A stretch of DNA of 64,000 bases, from contig CAYQEU010000001.1 in assembly GCA_964416765.1 (NCBI GenBank), positions 475,168 through 539,167 of the forward strand, read 5' to 3'. The notes beneath the pieces are model-generated. The model saw only the letters and a program-made list of their open reading frames with translations, was not told the DNA's origin and did no database searches. The DNA is from an uncultured Candidatus Saccharibacteria bacterium (lineage in GTDB: Bacteria; Patescibacteriota; Doudnabacteria; UBA920). Below are positions 27,977-37,823 of this stretch, piece by piece (the stretch's first letter is position 1; each line of letters begins with the position of its first letter). A program made the translations under genes and the position numbers.

Positions 27977-29137
27977 CTATTTTTGGTAATCCAGCCGCTT
28001 CTGGAAACTGATTTTTTTGCTGTTTTCGACCGCGGGCTGGTCAAATGGGTTCACTCCCCTGATAACCGAGGCATACACGGCGTACATTTGCCAAAAAGCG
28101 AGATATTCACCAATATGTTTTTCATCAATCTGATCCATCTCGTAGTGAAGTACCGGGATATTCAACCCTACCGCGTCCTGCTTGGTTGCTTCCATTTCGT
28201 AGCGCATTGATTCCTGCAAAGGAATTCCGGAAAGGTCATGGAGCGTGCCGTCTTTCAACCCGACACCTTCCAGGTTTTGCGGAATAGCGGTGGTCAGGCT
28301 ATGGCGAAAATTCCTGACGCTGGTAAAAAAGCCGGCCACGTTTTTGCGCCCGCCCAGGAACCGTTGGTTGGTATGGTGCTGAGACTCCGGGGACTCGTGC
28401 GCGAAATATGTTTGCCCTTTACCGTCTTTGCCAAAACTTTCGTGGCACAGTTGTACAATCAAATTGCTAATTCCGAATAAGTCATGAGAATAAAACGGCA
28501 TGAACACTTCCAGGTAATCCTGCTGTTCGAGCTGGGCAAGAATGGAAGCCGCCCGCCAAGCTTCATTGTCATTGGAAAATTGTTCGTGGAAAGCACGGCC
28601 CGCTTCAAAGATTGCTTTCACGTCAAAGCCGCACAGCGCCGCCGGCAACAAAGCAATTTCGGTAAATCCCGTGTAGCGGCCGCCAATTGGCGGGTGTTCT
28701 ACCACTTCCCCGCCCCGCGCCTGGGCAATTCGCGCCAGGGTTGAATTTGGACCGGTGATAAACAGCAAAGGATAATCCAAAAACTCCGACAGCGCTTCAA
28801 TTTGCGTTACCGTTTCACCCGACTTGCTGATGGCAATAACCAGGGTATCGTTTGGCTTGAGTTCATTCTTCAGTTCCGTGATGTAGTCAGGATCAACAGT
28901 TGACAGGAAATATGCGCGTTTCGTGGCTTGGCTATGCAGGGCCGAATAAATTCCCATAAAGCTGGTGATACTGCCGCCGTGGCCGATCACCAGAATGTTT
29001 TTGTAGTTAGAATACTTTTCCGCCAATTGGGTGATAGCTCCAAAGTCAGGATTGTATGACAAGAATTCTACGTCCTGGGGCAACGTCACTTCGGACATCG
29101 GGCGTGCCGAGGGGGAGTTTTGGATATCTAATTTCAT
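27977..29137 (-). CDS. pgi: Glucose-6-phosphate isomerase (short form)
   Basis: SKSGET sugar-isomerase motif, VNPFDQPAVE, conserved His/Glu region. Confidence 0.8.
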   Translation of the reverse strand: MKLDIQNSPSARPMSEVTLPQDVEFLSYNPDFGAITQLAEKYSNYKNILVIGHGGSITSFMGIYSALHSQATKRAYFLSTVDPDYITELKNELKPNDTLVIAISKSGETVTQIEALSEFLDYPLLFITGPNSTLARIAQARGGEVVEHPPIGGRYTGFTEIALLPAALCGFDVKAIFEAGRAFHEQFSNDNEAWRAASILAQLEQQDYLEVFMPFYSHDLFGISNLIVQLCHESFGKDGKGQTYFAHESPESQHHTNQRFLGGRKNVAGFFTSVRNFRHSLTTAIPQNLEGVGLKDGTLHDLSGIPLQESMRYEMEATKQDAVGLNIPVLHYEMDQIDEKHIGEYLAFWQMYAVYASVIRGVNPFDQPAVENSKKISFQKRLDYQK

Positions 29138-29138
29138 G

Positions 29139-30917
29139 TTATTGCAAAATACCTTTAATTCTTCGCACGCCGGCGGACACAGCTTCCTCTTTTTTAATTA
29201 CGAAGTGGCCGTTAATAATGGCGGTGTGCTCCACGTGGGGTCCGCCGCAAAACTCGCGGGAAATTACTTCGCCCGTTTTAGGGTCAGTAATGGTGTAAAC
29301 GGAAACGGTATCAGCGTATTTTTCGCCGAACAGGCCAATCGCGCCGAGTTCGCGGGCGCGGGACAGCGGCATCATTTCCTGGGTCACCACAGCATCACGT
29401 TTAATCCCATCATTCACCAAATCTTCGATTTGTTTCTTTTGTTCATCAGTTAACTTGTTCGGATAAGTGAAATCAAACCGGGTGCGGTCAGCGGTGATAT
29501 TGCTTCCTTTTTGCCAAACATCGTTGCCCAATACGGTTCGCAAAGCCTGGTGCAATAAATGGGTTGTGGTGTGGTAGCGGACCACTTCGGGTGAGGTATT
29601 AGCAAGGCCACCCTTAAATTCACCGGCACTGGCCGTGCGGGACAAATCCTGGTGTTTTTTGAATTCCTGTTCAAATTCGTCCTGGCCTATGGTTTGACCG
29701 GCGGCTTCAGCTAATTCTTTGGTAAGCTCAACAGGAAAACCAAAAGTTTGGTACAAATTGAACGCGTCGGTGCCGGAAACTTTTTCCTGCGCCGCGAACA
29801 GCTTTTCAAACTCCTTCAAGCCCTTTTCCAAGGTGCGTCCAAATTTGGCTTGTTCGGCAACCATAACCTCCGTAATTTTACCCACACGCTCGCGCAGTTC
29901 GGGATACGCCACTTCATATTCCGCTACAACCACTTCAATCAGGTTTTCCAGCCATTGGTCTTTCAAATTCAAAAGTTTGGCGTACACCATGCTGCGGCGA
30001 AGCAACCGGCGCAAAATATACCCGCGTTCCTTGTTGGTCGGTTCAACGCCATCGCTGGCAATGAAAACAGAAGCGCGGACATGGTCCACAATAATACGGG
30101 CCTTGCGGACTTCATCGTTGGTCATGATGCTTTGGTCAACCGCCAGCACGTCAAACATCTTTTTGAACAACTCAGTGTCATAAACCGAACGCTGTCCGTT
30201 AAGCACCGCCAAAGTCCGGTCCAGTCCCATTCCCGTGTCAACGTTCTGCTGGGCCAGCGGAACCAAAGTACCATCTTCTTTCTTTTCGAACTGCATGAAC
30301 ACGTCATTCCAAATTTCGACCCAGCGCGGGTCTTCGTTGGTTTCCTGGAAGTTTTCCGGGGCTGGCGTGCCGTCATCAATCCAATAGAACATTTCCGTGT
30401 CCGGGCCGCAGGGTCCGGTACTGCCGGCGATCCACCAGTTGTTTTCTTTGGGGAGCTTGGCGATGCGGCTTTCCGGCACGCCTAAACGCTTCCAGTGCCC
30501 ATAGCTCTCTTCGTCATATGGCGCGTCGTTGTCGCCGGCGAAAACGGAAACAGCAAGACGTTCCAACGGAATGCCCAGATATTCTTTGTTAGTCAAAAAT
30601 TCAAAACTCCATTCGATCGCTTCTTTCTTGAAGTAATCCCCAAAACTCCAGTTCCCCATCATTTCAAAAAAAGTCAGGTGGGTATTGTCGCCCACTTCGT
30701 CGATGTCGATCGTGCGGATGCACTTCTGTACGTTAGCCACGCGCTTGCCTCCCGGGTGGTCCTGACCCATCAGGTAAGGTACGAGCGGGAACATGCCGGC
30801 CATGGTAAACAATACCGAAGGGTCATTCTCGGGCACGAGCGAGGCGGAAGGGATAATCGCGTGGCTCTTGGACTTAAAAAATTCTAGCCATTTTGTACGG
30901 AGTTCTTGTGCGGTCAT
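29139..30917 (-). CDS. alaS: Alanine--tRNA ligase, truncated form lacking C-Ala domain
   Basis: Class II catalytic core FTMAGMFPLVPY, MGNWSFGDYFK; editing-domain HTTTHLLHQALR (HxxxH) and CGGPHVEHTA; only 592 aa. Confidence 0.9.
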   Translation of the reverse strand: MTAQELRTKWLEFFKSKSHAIIPSASLVPENDPSVLFTMAGMFPLVPYLMGQDHPGGKRVANVQKCIRTIDIDEVGDNTHLTFFEMMGNWSFGDYFKKEAIEWSFEFLTNKEYLGIPLERLAVSVFAGDNDAPYDEESYGHWKRLGVPESRIAKLPKENNWWIAGSTGPCGPDTEMFYWIDDGTPAPENFQETNEDPRWVEIWNDVFMQFEKKEDGTLVPLAQQNVDTGMGLDRTLAVLNGQRSVYDTELFKKMFDVLAVDQSIMTNDEVRKARIIVDHVRASVFIASDGVEPTNKERGYILRRLLRRSMVYAKLLNLKDQWLENLIEVVVAEYEVAYPELRERVGKITEVMVAEQAKFGRTLEKGLKEFEKLFAAQEKVSGTDAFNLYQTFGFPVELTKELAEAAGQTIGQDEFEQEFKKHQDLSRTASAGEFKGGLANTSPEVVRYHTTTHLLHQALRTVLGNDVWQKGSNITADRTRFDFTYPNKLTDEQKKQIEDLVNDGIKRDAVVTQEMMPLSRARELGAIGLFGEKYADTVSVYTITDPKTGEVISREFCGGPHVEHTAIINGHFVIKKEEAVSAGVRRIKGILQ

Positions 30918-31006
30918 AATAGTAGTATTTTAGCGAAAATTAGGGGTTTAATCAAAGAGAAAAGCCAATTCACAAGAGCGAATTGGCTTTTCGGTCTGAA
31001 CAATTC

Positions 31007-31930
31007 CTAAGACTTGCAAAACGCTTCCAGGCATGTCTGCAACACCGGCACCGTGGGGAAAATTTCACTTTCCCCCGCCGGCTCTCGCAACAGACCTGTC
31101 TTATGCACTTCTGCGGGACTCGCCAGGTGCGAATACTGGTTCGCCTTCCTGAGTGAGTCAGCGTGGTACACAAACACGTCCCGGTCCAGAAAACCGCGCG
31201 GGCTGGACTCGCAGTCCATAAACCGCACCTCCCCTTCGGGAATTTCGATTTCCTGGACTCGCAGGAGGTCAATGCCCCGGGTTTTCTCATCAATGTTGAT
31301 GAGACCCCGGTGTTCGACTACCCGAGTACCCCCGCCAATGAGCTGGCAGACAATTCTGAGGGTCTTTTCACCTGGCATCTTCGCGCGGTGGATATATCCG
31401 TCGCACGAACCATGGACGTTGACGCCTTGGTGGACCAGGCGCAGCTTTTGATAGTTGTTGATGTTCCAAAACAGGTCCTCGAACCGAGGCCCCGCATTGA
31501 AGCGGACAACTTTGCCGTCGACCATCACCGCCATCTCCTCAAGTCCTTCCCGGTACATGAGGTGGGGCATGTTAAACCATTGCGCGTAGTCATCCGCTAA
31601 ACCGGATGAAATCGCCACATGGTTGCCATAGGTTGGCGCCGCAGAGTCCTTGTGAAAAAGGGGCAATAAGCGAGTGTCCCCCTGCCGGTAGATATTCATC
31701 GTACCGCCAGCGGCCCAGCGCCAGTACCCTTTTTTCGCGAACTCCCCATTTGGATTGGAGATGATATCCCGCGTTGGTCCGTTGTAGAAAACTTCCGGAT
31801 TCTCCTCGAAGGTGACTTCAAGCAGATCTTCGGTGCTCTTGGTAATTTGGCACGCCGCCAGAATGAAGGGGTAAGTTTTTTGCTTGTCAAAAATATCCGA
31901 CAACCTTAACTGTGAGGATTGTTCTGTCAT
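31007..31930 (-). CDS. Conserved hypothetical protein
   Basis: Long ORF with ordinary composition, no motif I can assign confidently. Confidence 0.45.
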   Translation of the reverse strand: MTEQSSQLRLSDIFDKQKTYPFILAACQITKSTEDLLEVTFEENPEVFYNGPTRDIISNPNGEFAKKGYWRWAAGGTMNIYRQGDTRLLPLFHKDSAAPTYGNHVAISSGLADDYAQWFNMPHLMYREGLEEMAVMVDGKVVRFNAGPRFEDLFWNINNYQKLRLVHQGVNVHGSCDGYIHRAKMPGEKTLRIVCQLIGGGTRVVEHRGLINIDEKTRGIDLLRVQEIEIPEGEVRFMDCESSPRGFLDRDVFVYHADSLRKANQYSHLASPAEVHKTGLLREPAGESEIFPTVPVLQTCLEAFCKS

Positions 31931-32089
31931 TGTATCTCCTTTATTGCCGCCTCAAGCCGTCTGGTGCGTATTCGCCCCAGCCGGTTTAATGATTCGGCTT
32001 TTTGTGGATTTGTCTTTGTTTAAAATAGTTACCGACGCAGATACGAAGGTAACCATTAATTATAGCACAAATTAACAAAAATGTCAATA

Positions 32090-32118
32090 TAAAAACCCCC
32101 ATATTTCAGGGGGTTTTA
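32090..32118 (-). terminator. Rho-independent terminator after S41 protease gene
   Basis: aaaaaccccc-atatttca-gggggtttt hairpin directly downstream of stop (minus strand). Confidence 0.65.
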
Positions 32119-32139
32119 AATATATTGCTTTTCCTAAGC

Positions 32140-33399
32140 CTATTTGGTGACTTCCTGTAATGCCCGGTCCATTTGCGGGTCGCGGTTGTTTTTGATGTCA
32201 TCATCAGTTAACTTCACCTCCACGTCCGGATTGAGGCCGTCCTTATTCAGGTTCTTGCCGTTGGGGGTAATCCACTTGGCCACGGTAATCTTGACCGCGC
32301 CCTTGTTGTCCGGCAGGTTAAACAATTGCTGGACACTGCCTTTCCCAAAACTCTTCTCCCCTACCAACTCGGCCGCGCCATGGTCGTGCAGCGCGCCCGC
32401 GAGAATTTCCGCGGCCGAAGCAGACCCGCCGTTCAGAAGAAAAACAGTTTTAAGTCCCTTCAACCGGTCATAGCCGAGTGAGTTGTATGGTTGGTTATCG
32501 CTCGTGCTGCGCGCTTCGGTAACTACCAGCTGGCCTTTGGGCAGCCAGTAAGAAGCCAGGTCAACCGCGGCGTCAAGGTAACCACCTGGATTATTCCTTT
32601 CATCAATAACTACTCCTTTGGCCCCGGCCGCGATCAAATCATTAACCGCCTGGCCGAACGCGCCGGTAGTGTCCGAGCCGAACTGGGTCAGGGTGATGAC
32701 CGCGATCTTGTTGTCGCCAACCTGTTTGTAAGTAAGTTTTACGCTCTTTAAAGTAATGGTGTCACGTTTGATGCCAAGGTCAAAAGTGCCGGACTGGCCC
32801 TCGCGGAATAGTGTGAGGGTTACAGTGGTGCCTTTTTGCCCGCGGATCTTGGCGACCGCGTCATCAACGCTCATGTCAGCGGTGGACTCCCCGTTAATCT
32901 TTACAATGATGTCTTTGGCGCGAACTCCAGCCTTGGCCGCCGGGCTGTCGTCCAAAGGGGTTAACACAATATTGCCATCTACTTTGCCGACTTCAGCGCC
33001 AATCCCTTCAAAACTGCCGCCCAGCTGGGTGTTGAAATCCGCCAACTCTTTTGGAGTGAAGTAGGTTGTGTACTGGTCACCGGCCGCGGATACGGCTCCC
33101 TTGATGGCGCCATACAAAACATTCTGCTGGTTGATGGAACCTTTATCAATATAATTCTTATTCACTAGCCCCAGCGCGTCCCAGAGCAGGTTGTAGTCTA
33201 CCGTGGCGGGCGCGTCATTCTGGTTAATGACCTTAAACGACTTCGGGTCAAACACGAAACCTTTGTTACCGCTCACGTAACCCAGGCGGAAGCTGGCAAT
33301 GAGGGCGATAATAACTAAAGCCGCCCCGATCAACTTTCGGGTACCAGTTGATGACGGGACCGGCTCGCTTGGAATACTAAAATCTTTGTTGTCTATCAT
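32140..33399 (-). CDS. Carboxyl-terminal processing protease (peptidase S41) with PDZ domain and N-terminal membrane anchor
   Basis: PDZ region then LLNGGSASAAEILAGAL...GEKSFGKGSVQ catalytic Ser/Lys dyad motifs. Confidence 0.85.
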   Translation of the reverse strand: MIDNKDFSIPSEPVPSSTGTRKLIGAALVIIALIASFRLGYVSGNKGFVFDPKSFKVINQNDAPATVDYNLLWDALGLVNKNYIDKGSINQQNVLYGAIKGAVSAAGDQYTTYFTPKELADFNTQLGGSFEGIGAEVGKVDGNIVLTPLDDSPAAKAGVRAKDIIVKINGESTADMSVDDAVAKIRGQKGTTVTLTLFREGQSGTFDLGIKRDTITLKSVKLTYKQVGDNKIAVITLTQFGSDTTGAFGQAVNDLIAAGAKGVVIDERNNPGGYLDAAVDLASYWLPKGQLVVTEARSTSDNQPYNSLGYDRLKGLKTVFLLNGGSASAAEILAGALHDHGAAELVGEKSFGKGSVQQLFNLPDNKGAVKITVAKWITPNGKNLNKDGLNPDVEVKLTDDDIKNNRDPQMDRALQEVTK

Positions 33400-33419
33400 A
33401 TGGGTAAATCATAGCACAA

Positions 33420-35012
33420 TTATGGCTGGCTCGGCCCCTGCCAAGCCTCGTAGTTGCGGAAAACTATCCCCGCAACTGCCAGGGTCAGGAAGCTGTACAT
33501 CAAAATCTTGTCATTAAACAAGGTTAGGTCGAATACGCCGTAAGCCAAAATCCACAGCAGGACGAAACTGGCACCCGCGGCAACCGCAACATACACATTA
33601 TTTTGGCTCCCCCCCTGCTTCAGAAAATTCCACGCCTGGCGGGCGTAACTGAGCCAAATCAAAATAAAGAGAACAAACCCGACCACGCCCAATTCCACTA
33701 ATATATTCAAGTACAGGCTGTGGGCGGTCACGAATTTTTGCGGCAGGTTGTAGCGCAAATTCCTTTCCCCGGAAATGGAATCAAAGGTATCGGATTGGGA
33801 AATATCAGGCACGAGCGAAACGATAAAGTTTCCATATCCCACTCCCAGAGGGTGGCGCAACGCAAACATGGCGCTGTTTTTCCAGATTACGAGCCGGCCC
33901 GCGTTGGAGTCCTCTTCCAAATCATAAATACTGCTAACCCGTTCCAGGAACTCTTCCCCGCCAAGGCCGGATCGGATGAAGCTGAGACCTTTTACCAGGA
34001 GCGGCGAAGCGGCGAAAAACAAAATAACCAACGCCGTAATAGCTAAAAATCTTTTAGCGTGGGAACGCGCCATATTGCTCCAGTACATGTAAGCCGCCAT
34101 CAAGGCAGGCGCGGCTAAGCCAACCCATACTCCCCTGGTTCCTGAAAGAATCAGGGCCCAGGCGGAAAGAGCGATGCCCAGCCACAATAAAATTTTGCGC
34201 CGTCGCGAAGCGCCTGCCAAAAGGGCGGCCAAGAAGGTCAGCAGCAACGCGCACACCACGCCGAACGAGTGAGAATCGGGCATGATGCTGAACATGCGCA
34301 AAGACGGATTCCCGCCGGTATAGGAAAACCAGGAGTTCGAGTAGGCCAGCACGTTGGCGAGACTGAGGCCATAATAGGCCTTGGAAATTAAAATCGCCCA
34401 GTACTGCCAAAAGTAATATTGGTTAGAAAATAACGTGGCGCCAAACTGCACGTATCCCAGTAGAACAATAATGCCGAGCGAAGCGGCAACAGCTTTTACC
34501 AAGCGATAGACCTGGTCTTTTGATTTCACGACATTTATTGCTACCAGGTAAAGCAGGTAAATATTTACAAGAAAAGCAATCTGCTTTAGGGATTGGCCTT
34601 TGAACCGCGCCAGCATAACCGAAGCGGCGCTCAGAACGCCAAATAATATGATGTATTTATCCCAGGAAAATAGATTGCCGCGAACCTCCCGGTACAGTGA
34701 CTTCAGCGAACCGCCGTTCCGGTATTGTGAATACGCTTCTCTAATAAACCAAACCGCAAAAAGCCACGCGAGCATAAGGCGCCAAGCGGCCAGGGAATCA
34801 GAAAAGCGGTTAGGTAAAGCGAGATAGAACGGGATAGAAAAGACTACCAGCTGTAAGGCTTCAAACGGCGGCGCAATGAGCACAAACAAAGCCGCCGCCC
34901 CTGCGGAATACCACGCGGCGGTTTGCGGCCAGACTCCCACGCTTACCAGGTAAGCGGTGACCGCCTCGAAAACAACTATTAGTAGAAAAAAATATCTTAT
35001 TGGTTTGTTCAT
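33420..35012 (-). CDS. O-antigen ligase / Wzy_C-domain polytopic membrane protein
   Basis: >10 predicted TM helices; LILSGTRGVWVGLAAP resembles Wzy_C SGSRGAW motif. Confidence 0.6.
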   Translation of the reverse strand: MNKPIRYFFLLIVVFEAVTAYLVSVGVWPQTAAWYSAGAAALFVLIAPPFEALQLVVFSIPFYLALPNRFSDSLAAWRLMLAWLFAVWFIREAYSQYRNGGSLKSLYREVRGNLFSWDKYIILFGVLSAASVMLARFKGQSLKQIAFLVNIYLLYLVAINVVKSKDQVYRLVKAVAASLGIIVLLGYVQFGATLFSNQYYFWQYWAILISKAYYGLSLANVLAYSNSWFSYTGGNPSLRMFSIMPDSHSFGVVCALLLTFLAALLAGASRRRKILLWLGIALSAWALILSGTRGVWVGLAAPALMAAYMYWSNMARSHAKRFLAITALVILFFAASPLLVKGLSFIRSGLGGEEFLERVSSIYDLEEDSNAGRLVIWKNSAMFALRHPLGVGYGNFIVSLVPDISQSDTFDSISGERNLRYNLPQKFVTAHSLYLNILVELGVVGFVLFILIWLSYARQAWNFLKQGGSQNNVYVAVAAGASFVLLWILAYGVFDLTLFNDKILMYSFLTLAVAGIVFRNYEAWQGPSQP

Positions 35013-36097
35013 GCGCTCCTAAATACATTTAACGTTTCCTGGGCGCACTTGTTCCAGCTAAACATGCCGAGGCGTTGCTTGCCTTTCTGGACCAAATCTT
35101 GGGCCAGGTCCGGATTGGTCAAAATCTTCAGGATCGCCGCTTTAATTTCTTCTTTGCTGTGCGGGTCAAAGTAAAGAGCCGCGTCCCCGCCCACTTCGGG
35201 CAGTGAAGAGATGTTAGACACAGCGGCAGGCACCCCGCAGGCAAACGCCTCCAGCAGCCACATGCCAAAACCTTCGTAGAAGCTTGGGTGAATAAACATG
35301 TCCGCTTTCTGGTAGATTGGCCATCGGTCATTGTCGGCTACGTGGCCTAGGTAAACCACTTTATCAATATGCGTTTCCACCGCCTGCAGGCTGGCTTCGT
35401 ACTTCCAGCCGGGTTTTCCCACGATAACCAATTTATGCGGGAGTTCCGGATGCTCACGTTTCAGTTCGGCAAATGCTTCAATGAGACCAACCACATTTTT
35501 GCGCGGCTGGATGGTGGACAAAAACAGAATATATTTTTCCGGCAGCCTTTCTGCTACTTCGGGCGACAGCTGCCCGTTGCCCATATCCGGTACTTCATAG
35601 CCATGCTGTACGACTACTACTTTGGCCGGGTCAACTTGGTAATACTTTATTAGATCCTGTCGCGTGGCTTCGGACACGGCAATCACTTTGCTTGCGTTCT
35701 TTATGGCAAACGACGTTGACCAATGCAAATACTTTCTCATAAATCCTGTGAAAGCTTCGGGGTAGTTTACCCATGCAGTGTCGTGTATGGTGACCACCGA
35801 CTTTTTCGGATGGATCAGGGGCAGAGCGGAGGCCGGGATAAACAACAGTTCGGGTTTGTTAAAAAGCATTTCGAGACTCAGCCGGATTTGGGTCCACATT
35901 TTCGGGAATGGAATTACCCGCAACAAAAAATTACCCGGCAGTTTAGCAAACCACGCTTGCGGCGTGGTCCTTAAGTAGAGAGTATACTGGTCTCCAGATG
36001 GGATCTGGGCCAAATGAAGTATTAGCTGCTGGGCGTAGTGCTCAACCCCGGTTTTGGACTCATGGTTGGCCCGTTCAGCTTCAATCCCTATGTGCAT
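35009..36097 (-). CDS. Glycosyltransferase family 4 (start placed at internal Met; ORF track used upstream TTG)
   Basis: EX7E motif EGFGMWLLEAFACGVPAAVS; GT4 N-terminus MHIGIEAERANHESKTGVEHYAQQL; a TGGTATAAT -10 lies inside the upstream extension. Confidence 0.8.
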   Translation of the reverse strand: MHIGIEAERANHESKTGVEHYAQQLILHLAQIPSGDQYTLYLRTTPQAWFAKLPGNFLLRVIPFPKMWTQIRLSLEMLFNKPELLFIPASALPLIHPKKSVVTIHDTAWVNYPEAFTGFMRKYLHWSTSFAIKNASKVIAVSEATRQDLIKYYQVDPAKVVVVQHGYEVPDMGNGQLSPEVAERLPEKYILFLSTIQPRKNVVGLIEAFAELKREHPELPHKLVIVGKPGWKYEASLQAVETHIDKVVYLGHVADNDRWPIYQKADMFIHPSFYEGFGMWLLEAFACGVPAAVSNISSLPEVGGDAALYFDPHSKEEIKAAILKILTNPDLAQDLVQKGKQRLGMFSWNKCAQETLNVFRSA

Positions 36098-36119
36098 AAC
36101 TTGATGGTAAAGTGCCCTA

Positions 36120-36128
36120 ATTATACCA
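36120..36128 (-). promoter_or_regulatory. Extended -10 element TGGTATAAT upstream of GT4 gene
   Basis: Forward attatacca; ~23 nt upstream of proposed Met start at 36097. Confidence 0.4.
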
Positions 36129-36153
36129 AAAATCCCTTGATCCAACCAAAAAT

Positions 36154-36162
36154 GTGATATAA
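36154..36162 (+). promoter_or_regulatory. Extended -10 element TGaTATAAT upstream of 36187 gene (divergent from GT4 promoter)
   Basis: tgTGATATAATtaagg ~25 nt before ATG. Confidence 0.4.
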
Positions 36163-36186
36163 TTAAGGCATAATTAAATAAGTCGC

Positions 36187-36738
36187 ATGAAGAAACAAAA
36201 ACAATTTACCTTACTTGAGCACAAAAATTTGCTCATTGCCGCAGGCGTAGCCGCCGTGGCCGGGGTAGGCATTTATGTCTATACCCTTAACACCGAGCCG
36301 GATCTAGGCTTAGTTAGCACTACCCCAACTAACCAGCAAATCCATTCGGATAATACTAACTCCAATAAGCCGGGAACCAAGACTCCCGCTGCCGGCGATA
36401 CTTCCCAGCTCCACGGCAAAAACATCATGAATGTTGGACCTCAAAAAGCCGGAAACCAACTCATCGTGGATTTAGTTAACCTCGTAAAACCGGGTTACAT
36501 CGCTGTATATTCCGCCAACTCAAAAGGCGAACCGGGGTCATTGGTTTCAGTCAGCCCGCTAATTAAGGCGGGTACCAGCCAGGATCTGGTGGTAAAAACC
36601 AATTTGAAGGCCAATACCACCTATGTCATTGAACTGCGCAACGATGATGGCGACAGCAAATTCAACGCCGCCAAAGACTTGGTACTGTTTGACGCATCTG
36701 GCAAGCAGGTGATGGTAAACATTACCGCTTCTAAATAA
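36187..36738 (+). CDS. Hypothetical secreted/membrane-anchored protein
   Basis: N-terminal signal anchor LLIAAGVAAVAGVGIYVYTL; Thr/Asn/Pro-rich linker; followed by strong terminator. Confidence 0.5.
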   Translation: MKKQKQFTLLEHKNLLIAAGVAAVAGVGIYVYTLNTEPDLGLVSTTPTNQQIHSDNTNSNKPGTKTPAAGDTSQLHGKNIMNVGPQKAGNQLIVDLVNLVKPGYIAVYSANSKGEPGSLVSVSPLIKAGTSQDLVVKTNLKANTTYVIELRNDDGDSKFNAAKDLVLFDASGKQVMVNITASK

Positions 36739-36751
36739 TTCAACAGCTTTA

Positions 36752-36782
36752 ACCCGCGGGCTTTGGTCCGCGGGTTTTTTAT
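36752..36782. terminator. Bidirectional rho-independent terminator between convergent genes
   Basis: aacccgcgg-gctttggtc-cgcgggtttttt. Confidence 0.7.
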
Positions 36783-37306
36783 TCTTCCAATCCCAGACGG
36801 TACGCAAATACCGTTAATTCCTGCTCGTGGCCTTTAATCTGAGGGAAAAATTTTAACATCGTTTTACGGAAGAGCTTGCCATGACGCAGGGACCGGAGAT
36901 GGCAAACTTCATGGTACACAATGTAGCGGACCAGATGGTCAGGCAGGCGCCGGAGTTTTTTGTTAAATGTTAGCCGGCCGCGATTCGAACAATTCCCCCA
37001 CTGCCGCTTCATAAGGCGCAGCCGAATTTCCTGCGATCTTACTTTGAGTTGTTGTTCCGCTTCGGAAACAAACTCCTTGACCAAGTCTAACAAATGGTGG
37101 TCAGTTCTGTTTTCTAATATAATTTCTTTGGATTTGCTGTCCAATTTTTCGTAATAGTTTTGTTTGCGTTCAATCCATGGCTTGAATTCCCGAATAAACC
37201 GCTCCACGTCAAAAGGCCGGTTGGTGGGCACGATGACCCGCAGTCCTTTTCTTGAATATTCCAGCCGGGCAGCCCGAACCGGTCGTTTTACTACTTGGTA
37301 TTCCAT
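36779..37306 (-). CDS. YgjP/DUF45 (M48/WLM-like) zinc metallohydrolase
   Basis: QWGNCSNRGRLTFNKKL...IVYHEVCHLRSLRHG (HExxH) characteristic of DUF45. Confidence 0.65.
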   Translation of the reverse strand: MEYQVVKRPVRAARLEYSRKGLRVIVPTNRPFDVERFIREFKPWIERKQNYYEKLDSKSKEIILENRTDHHLLDLVKEFVSEAEQQLKVRSQEIRLRLMKRQWGNCSNRGRLTFNKKLRRLPDHLVRYIVYHEVCHLRSLRHGKLFRKTMLKFFPQIKGHEQELTVFAYRLGLEE

Positions 37307-37311
37307 TAATA

Positions 37312-37770
37312 TTATCCTGAGTTAATTCTGCTGTATTCACTGTTAGCGAGATTGTCTGCCTGCCGGGCCCAGTACGTGCCCCGGTCATGGTGGTAATATT
37401 TCACTGTCGCCATAAACCGCGCTTCCATGCGTTTCACTTCATCAAACCATTTCTTTACCTGCGGCGACCTTATGCCATACTCGCCGTTCATGTGGCGGAT
37501 TACCAATTCCGAATCCATCCATACCTCAACCTGGTTGCGGCAAAATTCCACCGCGCTATCGAGCGCGAAGATGAGCCCGGCGTACTCCGCTTCGGGTACG
37601 GTACATTCGCCCAAGTACTTCGCCCGTTGGTCAATTATCTGGTAATTGATATCCAGGAGCAGGAACGCGCAAGCCGCTTTACCGCGCGTGGCGTGATACC
37701 TGTCGCCGGGACGGTTAGGCACCCGACAGCAAGCGTCCGATATGATTTTAACCGTGTCGAATTTAGCCAC
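37312..37770 (-). CDS. Ribonuclease HI-family protein
   Basis: DEDD residues in RNase H order: SDACC..., AEYAGLIFAL, MDSELV, HHD...ADNLA; 152 aa. Confidence 0.65.
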   Translation of the reverse strand: MAKFDTVKIISDACCRVPNRPGDRYHATRGKAACAFLLLDINYQIIDQRAKYLGECTVPEAEYAGLIFALDSAVEFCRNQVEVWMDSELVIRHMNGEYGIRSPQVKKWFDEVKRMEARFMATVKYYHHDRGTYWARQADNLANSEYSRINSG

Positions 37771-37823
37771 TTCCCCTCCATCACGCTATTGTACACGACC
37801 AGGGTAAAATTAAACTGTAAAAA

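Noticed and set aside
36098-36145. TTG-initiated N-terminal extension of the GT4 gene
   Set aside because: The GT4 family N-terminus begins at the internal Met (MHIGIEA...), and the extension contains the TGGTATAAT promoter word
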